DNA of 64,000 nt from Octopus vulgaris (Eukaryota), in NCBI GenBank assembly GCA_951406725.2, contig OX597842.1, forward strand, positions 25,854,001-25,918,000, in the 5' to 3' direction. Positions 54,131 through 64,000 of this stretch are shown in pieces (position 1 is the stretch's first letter; each line of letters starts with the position of its first letter). The translations under genes were made by a program, and so were the position numbers. The notes under the pieces were generated by a model. That model did no database searches. It was not told the origin of the DNA and was given only the letters and a program-made list of their open reading frames with translations.

Positions 54131-56107
54131 TCACACGAAGAAGAAGAGATGTGTTGAAGAATCTTGTCGGCAGAAATTGTATTATGCTTGCATTGTGCTT
54201 TTTGATATTTCTGTGTTTCACATGGCCTTTTTTTTTTTCCTTTTCAGCATCTGTGGAGAGAGAGACAGAAAAATGATAATAATAATAATAATAATAATAA
54301 AAAATACCGTTCGTGGCCGTTGCCAGCCTCGCCTGGCCCCCGTGCCGGTGGCACGTGAAAAGCATCATCCGATCGTGGCTGTTTGCCAGCCTCGTCTGGC
54401 ACGTGAAAAGCACCCACTACACTCATGGAGTGGTTGGCATTAGGAAGGGCATCCAACTGTAGAAACACTGCCAGATCAGACTGGGCTTGGTGCAGCCTTC
54501 TGGCTTCTCAGACCCTGGTTGAACCGTCCAACCCATGCCAGCATGGAAAGCGGACGCTAAACGATGAATAATAATAATAATAATAATCATCATCATCGTT
54601 TAACGTCCGCTTTCCATGCTAGCATGGGTTGGACGGTTCGACTGGGGATCTGGGAAGCCAGGAGGCTGCACCAGGCTCCAGTCTGATCTGGCAGTGTTTC
54701 TACAGATGGATGCCCTTCCTAACGCCAACCACTCCATGAGTATAGTGGGTGCTTTTTATGTCCCACCAGCACAGGTGCCAGGCGAGGCTGGCAACGGCCA
54801 CGATCGGTTGGTGCTTTTTACGTGCCACCGGCATGAAAGCCAGTCGAGGCGGTGCTGGCAACGGCCATGTTCGGATGGTTCTTTTATGTGCCACTGGCAC
54901 TGGTATCACAACTACAATGATAATAATAATAAATGCCCTGATGCAGTACCAGACAGTGGCTCTCATGGCTTCTGGTCTTAACTGATTGGAAGTGTTATCA
55001 TGTACATTGTTTTGTCTTGGTATAAAAGATGGGCTACAGCAAATATTCTGCTCAATACCACAGATTTGCTTGTCAGTTGTTTGACCTTAACCAGTTGAGC
55101 ATGTCCCTTGAGCATGGCTGATGATATGTGCATCTCTGATCACGAGCAGAAATAGTGGGGGAGCATCATAGCCATGTGTTGAGAGGGATTCTTTGGGGTT
55201 TGAATAATTCACCTTTGGAAACATGAGTGTTTCGTTCAACATCCTTAAACAACCTTTATTCAGGGACCTTTTGAGTAGGATGGGTTACTCAACCTGAAGA
55301 AAATTCTAACTGGGCCCCACCTGCAAGGTCATGCACTGTTTATCTTGATATGAGATCACCATGTCACGCACATATGGTTGTGATGCATGTGCCTGGTGTA
55401 CCCTTATCAGATGGGTAGTCATGATGGGTATACTGGGCTTTGTATATTTTACCCCAGAGTCACTTTGATGGCATGCACTGCTCTCTCACTCAATAATAAT
55501 AATAATAATTTCTGTATAGCTTCTGGAGGAGTTACCTCAGTCCTATATAATCTTAACAAAATATGAAGTAGACTGACATGTAATTTTTTAACCTGTGAAA
55601 GGCATACTAGATGCCGAAATATCGTTCAACCAATTGCACATGATAATTATGGCACTCTTCTATTTTTTATTTCTTAATAATAATAATAGTAGAAGACATT
55701 TGCCCAAGGTGCCACGCAGTGGGACTGAACCCGGAACCATGTGGTTCGTAAGTAAGCTACTTACCACACAGCCGCTCCTACTCCTATCCATACGTTCTGA
55801 CTTTAAATTCTGCTGAGGTCGACTTTGCATTTCATCTTTTCAGGGTCGATAAATTAAGTACCAGTGGCACACTGGGATTCATGTAATTGAATATCCCACT
55901 TCCCCAGAATTGCTGGCCTTGTGCCAAAATTTGAAATCGTTATCAAAAAATGATTTTGACTCCCCAACAAACAGATGTATTAGTTAACACTCAGGAAGTG
56001 AGAAAGTCTTTTACGTTTTGAGCCTATGCTCTTTGACAGAAAGGAACACAGAAATAAACAGAGAGAGAAAATAGAAAAAGGTATAGTGGATAGCGATCTA
56101 TCATTGC

Positions 56108-56144
<37 letters not shown>

Positions 56145-57174
56145 GAATTTGCAAAAAAACAAGACGAAGACATGCGTGTAAACAACAAACAGATGTATTA
56201 GTTTAATGCTCGGGAAGTGAGAAAGTCTTTTACGTTTTGAGCTTACGCTCTTCAGCAGAAAGGAACACATATATATCAAAAGGATGTGTCATAGCACTAT
56301 TCCACATATACAAACCAGTCTCCTCTGGCCCCTGTGCCGGTGGAATGTATAAAGCATCCACTACACTCATGAACGGCATCCAGCTGTAGAAACCCTGCCA
56401 GATCAGAGTGGAGCCTGGTGCAGCTTCCTGGTTTCCCAGACCCCAGTCATACTGTCCAACCCATGCTAGCATCGAAAGCGGACATTAAACGATGATGATG
56501 ATGATGATGATGACAAAAACAGCTATACCCACAATCCAACATACCTCCATCATCAGCTGCCCCATGGATATCATTATACACACACACACACATAAATAGA
56601 TAGAAAGACAGATAGACAAATAAAGAGATGAAAAAATAGATAGATATGATACATATTTGCATGTATGAACGTAGGTTGCCATATGTATATCTGTATTTAA
56701 ATATGTATATATCATACACTGTGGAAGTGGTTAGGGCAGCGGACTCGCGGTTGTAGGATCGCGGTTTCGATTCCCAGACCGGGCATTGTGAGTGTTTATT
56801 GAGCGAAAACACCTAAAGCTTCACAAGGCTCCTGTAGGGGGTGGTGGTGGTGATCCCTGCTGTACTCTTTCACCACAACTTTCTCTCACTCTTTCTTCCT
56901 GTTTCTGTTGTACCTGTATTTCAAAGGGCCGGCCTTGTCACTCTCTGTGTCACGCTGAATATCCCCGAGAACTACGTTAAGGGTACACGTGTCTGTGGAA
57001 TGCTCAGCCACTTGCATATTAATTCCATGAACAAGCTGTTCCGTTGATCGTATCAGCTGGGACGCTCATCGTCGTAACCGACGGAGTGCTCCTAAATATC
57101 ATACACACACACATGGTGATGCAGTAGGGAGCATTGAACTCCAAATATGAGTATATTCTTCTTTTTCTTTTTTT

Positions 57175-57558
57175 CTTTTTACTTGTTTCAGTTATTTGAC
57201 TGCGGCCATGCTGGAGCACCGCCTTTAGTCGAGCAAATCGACCCCGGGACTTATTCTTTGTAAGCCCAGTACTTATTCTATCGGTCTCTTTTTGCCGAAC
57301 CGCTAAGCGACGGAGACGTAAACACACCAGCATTGGTTGTCAAGCAATGCTAGGGGGAGACACACAAACACACACACATACATATACATATATATACGAC
57401 GGGCTTCTTTCAGTTTCCGTCTACCAAATCCGCTCACAAGGCTTTGGTCGGCCCGAGGCTTTAGCAGAAGACACTTGCCCAAGGTGCCACGCAGTGGGAC
57501 TGAACCCGAAACCATGTGGTTGGTTAGCAAGCTACTTACCACACAGCCACGCCTGCGT
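57175..57558 (-). mobile_element. SINE family B, full-length reverse copy
   Basis: Reverse complement of the 16637-17063 element, followed by a partial tandem copy (57590-57752). Confidence 0.88.
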
Positions 57559-57789
57559 ATATATATTATATATATATATATATATATAGACAGGCTTCTT
57601 TCAGTTTCCGTCTACCAAATCCACTCACAAGGCATTGGTCGGCCCGGGGCTATAGCAGAAGACACTTGCCCAAGATGCCACGCAGTGGGACTGAATCCGA
57701 AACTATGTGGTTGGTAAACAAGCTACTTACCACACAGCCACTCCTGCGCCTATGTATATTTTTATTAATATTTATGTTAATAAATATTA

Positions 57790-57864
<75 letters not shown>

Positions 57865-58037
57865 ATGTATTGTATGTATGTCTAGATACGTAGTCAGAAA
57901 ATCTGCGTCAATGAATTTCTGACTCATGCAAGCAGGAAAAAGTGGACGTTAAAACGATTACGATGATGTGTGTGTGTGTATGCCTCTGTGTGTGAGTGTG
58001 TGTGTGCGTGTCTGTGTATGCGTGTCTGTGTCATATT

Positions 58038-58074
<37 letters not shown>

Positions 58075-58632
58075 CCACTGTACATGTATATACGTATGTA
58101 TATATATGCAAGTCGCTTATTATATATTCACAGACGAGGTAAATCAACACGCACGCACGCACACACACACACACGTGTGTGTATTTATGTATACACGCAC
58201 ACACAAAGCTTCTCTCTCTCTGATCGATTTACATAATTAATGATATTACATCTATTAACGATAATTTGCAAAATCAAAGCATATAAACATTAATGAAGAA
58301 AGTAAAAAAAAAAAAAATGAGATTCAAACAAGGCTGCTCCAGCATGACCACAGCTTCTGACCGAAACCTACAACACAGTAATAGAACATAAAGCCGGGCG
58401 CATTCTCTAAATTTCACATCGTTATAGGGGGTCCCTGATAGCCCCTACTGGATCATGCTCTTGTCCCCTCGGGTCGGTTCCGGATTATTATTTTTTTTTT
58501 CATTTATTAAAAGAGAAAGGGAAAAGGTTATCAGCCTCTTTCTTCTAGTTTGTTCTGGAAAAGACTTCGACCGGAATTGATAACAATAAGCGGCTTTCAC
58601 TGAATAAGCTAGACATACTAACATACATACAT

Positions 58633-58677
<45 letters not shown>

Positions 58678-58721
58678 TACATACATACACTCATGTATGA
58701 TGTACACACACATTTACATAC

Positions 58722-58798
<77 letters not shown>

Positions 58799-58883
58799 AG
58801 TGACTGAGACTTGTATGCAAAAAAATGTGAATATAATGTGTATACACAGAATGTATAATCTATACTATATACATACATATATA

Positions 58884-58954
<71 letters not shown>

Positions 58955-58962
58955 CATGTATG

Positions 58963-58993
<31 letters not shown>

Positions 58994-58996
58994 ATG

Positions 58997-59048
<52 letters not shown>

Positions 59049-59450
59049 CATACATGCACATATATGATATATATATATATATATACATTATATATATGTA
59101 CTTAACTACATCAATATATGTGTGTGTATATGTACACAATTAAGGTGTATACATACATGCATATATATACACGCATATATATGTGTATACACATAAATAC
59201 ATAGGCATTCTTCATATATGCACACACATACATATATATCGATGTGTGTGTGTGCGTGTGTGTGTGTTCGTGTGGTGTGTATATACATTTACATACACAG
59301 TCCCAGACAACCTGATCCATACAATACTATCGAATCTATACTCTGCACAGAATCGATAAATATTTCGTCACCATTCTTAAAAGTACACTGAAATAATAAT
59401 GTTATGTTTAACACACACACACACACATATATATGTATGTACATCCACAG

Positions 59451-59550
59451 ACAGTGGAGGCCGCTTATTGTAATCGCGGATAACGTAATCAGCCGATTAC
59501 TGTTATCAAAATCTTTGGGTCCCGAACACGCTCAATTCAGGGTGTTGTCA
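59451..59550 (+). mobile_element. pogo/Tigger-like terminal fragment
   Basis: CAGTGGAGGCCGCTTATTGTAATCGCGGATAACGTAATC...GGTCCC has the subterminal-repeat pattern typical of pogo/Tigger ends. It abuts a Helitron. Confidence 0.5.
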
Positions 59551-59552
59551 TA

Positions 59553-59949
59553 TCTCTATATATAAAGCTGAAGTTGTCTGTGTGTGGCAGATTTGGTAGC
59601 CTTCAACTAACACCATCTCCTCCGAGACCCTGGGGCACAAGTTGACCAAAATTGAAAGTGTGATAGAAGAAGGCTTGCTCTTCCTTCCGTAGAAGAAAAA
59701 ATTCAAATCGCACCATGTTAACCCCAAAAATTATTTACATCAAAAAGGTGTTTTTTTGCTATGAAAATCCCTATTTTTTAACGATTTTTTTTATTGCTGT
59801 GTCGTCATTTTTCAGTCTATTTCAACCAGAAAAATGTTCACTTAAAGAGAATAACAAGCTACATAATGCAAAATTTTTACTTTTTAAAAATTCCAATTCT
59901 AAAGGGTCGAAAAGAAAACAAACCCGAGCAACCCTGGGCGATACTGCTA

Positions 59950-59950
<1 letters not shown>
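59553..59950 (+). mobile_element. Non-autonomous Helitron (398 bp)
   Basis: 5' TC after A. 3' hairpin CCCGAGCAACCCTGGG followed by CTAG and then T (A|T insertion, no TSD). A second copy lies at ~37315-37712. Confidence 0.85.
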
Positions 59951-60033
<83 letters not shown>

Positions 60034-60047
60034 ATATATATTTATAC

Positions 60048-60096
<49 letters not shown>

Positions 60097-60102
60097 TCGA
60101 TA

Positions 60103-60250
<148 letters not shown>

Positions 60251-60253
60251 TAG

Positions 60254-60303
<50 letters not shown>

Positions 60304-60304
60304 A

Positions 60305-60401
<97 letters not shown>

Positions 60402-60894
60402 GAGATAAATATATATTAATATAATCAGCTGGTGAGCTTTTGTTACTTATAAAAGGCTCTGTCCTCGTTTCGGAGTGATCATAATAAACGGCTATCACTA
60501 TAGTTATAGAGAGACAGAAGTGAAAGTACAATGTACTAGATACATTATACATACAAACAGACACACACGCACATATATTTATATATGTATGTGTACACAC
60601 ACTGATGAAACACCGTTTATAGTTAGGCAGAGGATGTAATTTAATGCAATGTGCACGTATATAAATACACACACATGCACAAATATTTATATATACATAT
60701 TCACACGTATATATAACGAGGTTAAATGACGATTATGACGATTACGTACACATACAAGTTATATACATGGATATCAGTATATATCACAAAGCTTACGTAC
60801 GTATGCTATACACATACATACACACACACACACGCACATATATATATATAGACATCCTCACACACTTTATACCGCAAAGCTTACATACACACAC

Positions 60895-60939
<45 letters not shown>

Positions 60940-61044
60940 CACACATATATATATAAACACACAGATACATATAGACATACACACATATATACACACGCAC
61001 AAATATACACACACATAAACGCACACACACTCACACATATACAT

Positions 61045-61095
<51 letters not shown>

Positions 61096-61378
61096 CACAC
61101 ACAGATACATACACTCACACACACATATATACACACACATACACTCACACTCACATATATATATATACACACACACTCACACACAGATACATATACACTC
61201 ACACACATACACACATATATATATATATATACACACACACTCACACACATATACACACACACACATATATATACATACACACACTCACACACATATACAC
61301 TCACACCCACACACACACACATTCACATACACACCCACACATACACATACACACACACAAGTTACGTATCGTGTTTAC

Positions 61379-61720
61379 CTTATTAGTAATGTCATGCAGC
61401 AATCGAATTAACCCGAAATCCGAGCAAGTGCTTTTCACATTCCACGGTACATCGAACCCCAGGAAAACGCGTTGGAACGTCCAAAACTGACATGGTACGG
61501 TAACAAGTACCCCTGAGGTAGGTAAGGAAGGACCGGGGTACGGCAACAGGGTCTTTTTTTTGTGGCCCACACGGAGCTCTGGAGCGATGACAACCTCTCC
61601 CTTCCCAGGCGGTCGGCTTTGCACAAGTGATGCGTCACGCAATTACATATGCGATGCGACGGAAGACGCGGAGTCTCGTCGGTGCGCGCGCTTGCGCCTG
61701 TGTGCTGACTGCATGCGTGT
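61379..61720 (-). promoter_or_regulatory. CpG-rich island, candidate promoter and first exon of the GPCR
   Basis: Unique CpG-rich sequence between microsatellites, with GCGCTTGCGC (NRF1-like), CGGAAG (ETS) and TGACGCA (CRE-like). Minus-strand donor AAG|GTAAAC at 61378. Confidence 0.4.
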
Positions 61721-61844
61721 GTGTGTGTGTGTGTGTATATGTATACATATATATATATATACATATATTTATGTATATATATATGTATATATATATATAT
61801 ATATACATATATATATTTATATATATATACGTATATATATATAC

Positions 61845-61890
<46 letters not shown>

Positions 61891-62015
61891 GTATGTATGT
61901 ATGTATATATATATATATATTTATGTATATACATATACATATATATATATATATATATATATTAAATATCTATATCTATATATATATATGTATATATATA
62001 TATATTTATGTATAT

Positions 62016-62097
<82 letters not shown>

Positions 62098-62318
62098 GTG
62101 TGTGTGTATGTATGTGTGTGTACATATATGTATGGTATATATGTATTTGTGTGTGTATATATATGTGTGTGTGTGTGTGTGTCTGTCTATCTGGTTTTGT
62201 CTATGTATACATGTGTTTTTGTATACATACGTATATACATACATATATACACGAGTACGTAAATATACCTGCTTGCATGCAGGTATATTTACGTACGCAT
62301 GCATGCATGTGTGTGTGC

Positions 62319-62357
<39 letters not shown>

Positions 62358-62591
62358 CACGTTCTTGCGCGCACGCACACACACACGAATAAATAATGTT
62401 TACATAATGTATATATAATGATTTATAAATAATATATACATGCATAAATAAATACGTATACGTGTGTTAATGTGTGTACATATGTGTGTGCATACGTTTA
62501 AAACACACATTTATAGTTGCATATACACTCTCGTACATATATATATATATATATATAGACGCATACATACATAAATAAATACATGCATATG

Positions 62592-62636
<45 letters not shown>

Positions 62637-63694
62637 GTCTGTGTGTGTATAATGTCGCTAGTTAAGCATCTTTGTATTGGGTTAAGCTTTAATTAAACAG
62701 GTGATAAACCAGTATTACGTGCTCCTGTTCAGGTTTAGTAATAGATTAAGCAAATCTTTGCAGTTTATAATATATATATTCTTTTAGTATTTTACTTGTT
62801 TCAGTCAGTAGACTGCGGCCACGCTGGGGCACCGCCTTGGAGAATTTTAGTCGAATATATATATTATAAATTTAAAAAAAAAAAAAAAATTAAGCCCGGT
62901 ATGTATTCTATCGGTGTCTTTTGCCAAACTGCTAAGTTACGGGGTCGTAAACACACCAACACCGGCTGTCAAGCGGCAGTGATACACACACAAACACACA
63001 CACACGATTGGCTTCTTTCAATTTCTATCTACCAAATCCATTCACAAGGCTTTGCTCGCCCCAAGGCTATAGTAGAAGACACTTGCTCAAGGTAGGAGTG
63101 GTGGTGTAGTAAGTAGCTTGCTTACGAACCACATGGTTCTGGGTTCAGTCCCACTGCGTGGCTCCTTGGGCAAGTGTCTTCTATAGCCTCGGGCCGAGCA
63201 AAGCCTTGTGAGTGGATTTGGTTGACGGAAACTGAAAGAAGCCTGTCGTATATATGTATCTATATGTATGTGTGTGTATATGTTTATGTGTCTGTGTTTG
63301 TCCCCCCAACATCACTTGACAACCGATGCTGGTGTGTTTACGTCCCTGTAACTTAGCGGTTCAGCAAAAGGGACCGATAGAATAAGTACTAGGCTTACAA
63401 AGAATAAGTCCTGGGATCGATTTGCTCGACCAAAGGCGGTGCTCCAGCATGGCCACAGTCAAAGGACTGAAACAAGCAAAAGAGTAAAAGATTAAAAGAG
63501 ATATATAGATATTATTTATCATCATTATTATCATCATCATTTAACGTCCGTTTTCCATGCTGGCATGGGTCGTAGAGTTTGACAGGAGCCGGCAAACCGG
63601 AAGGCTGCACCAGGCTCTATTCATCAGTTTTGGCATGATGGCTATAACATCCACCTTCCATACTAGCATATATATTATCCAAAGTGTGCAGTAT

Positions 63695-63922
63695 TTAACC
63701 CTTTAGCATTTAAACCGGCCATATCCGGCTGAAAGTATTCTGCCTGTTTCATGGTCAAACTAGCTAGATCTGGTCTCTCACACCAACCCTACAATATTGT
63801 TTTAAAAATTACAGGTACCTCATCAAAATCTCATCGCTACAAGATAACGCTTGAATAGTTCAAGGCAATGTGGATGAAAAAGGATTAATTTTGGCAGAAT
63901 GATGCGAACACTAAAGGGTTAA
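63695..63922. mobile_element. piggyBac-like MITE
   Basis: TTAA-CCCTTTAG ... CTAAAGGG-TTAA. Same family as ~13153-13382 and 17663-17907. Confidence 0.8.
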
Positions 63923-64000
63923 ATGACTTACACACACACATGCATACATATACATGCATACACATACACACATATATATCATCATAGGCGTAGGAGTGGC

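Noticed and set aside
61301-61642. 113-aa minus-strand ORF as a coding exon
   Set aside because: No recognisable homology. Splicing to 54250 would hit a stop after about ten codons, so it is treated as a leader exon at most.

Overview
AT-rich, repeat-saturated animal genomic DNA, most likely an octopus (coleoid cephalopod). That assignment is inferred from the SINE families and the very high (TA)n/(TG)n/(TAA)n microsatellite load. Two host genes lie on the minus strand. (1) The 5' part of RBBP6: the DWNN ubiquitin-like domain is split over coding exons 21008-20840 and 2184-2088 by an 18.7 kb intron, and the gene continues beyond position 1. It has a probable long, uATG-poor 5' UTR and a TATA/CRE/E-box promoter near 25.7 kb. 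(2) An intronless 620-aa class A neuropeptide-type GPCR (50945-49083) with atypical motifs (NRY, KPxxY, no W4.50) and a ~90-aa Pro/Gly/Ser insert in ICL2. The rest is mobile DNA: decayed RTE (with a PHD finger inside the RT), CR1-group and R4/Dong-like LINEs, at least four tRNA-derived SINE families, piggyBac-like TTAA MITEs, Tc1/mariner and pogo-like relics, two non-autonomous Helitrons, fold-back MITEs, decayed minimal hammerhead-ribozyme motifs and several minisatellites. Most ORFs in the supplied track are microsatellite or SINE artefacts. Repeat family names come from motif recognition, not database searches, and repeat boundaries are approximate.
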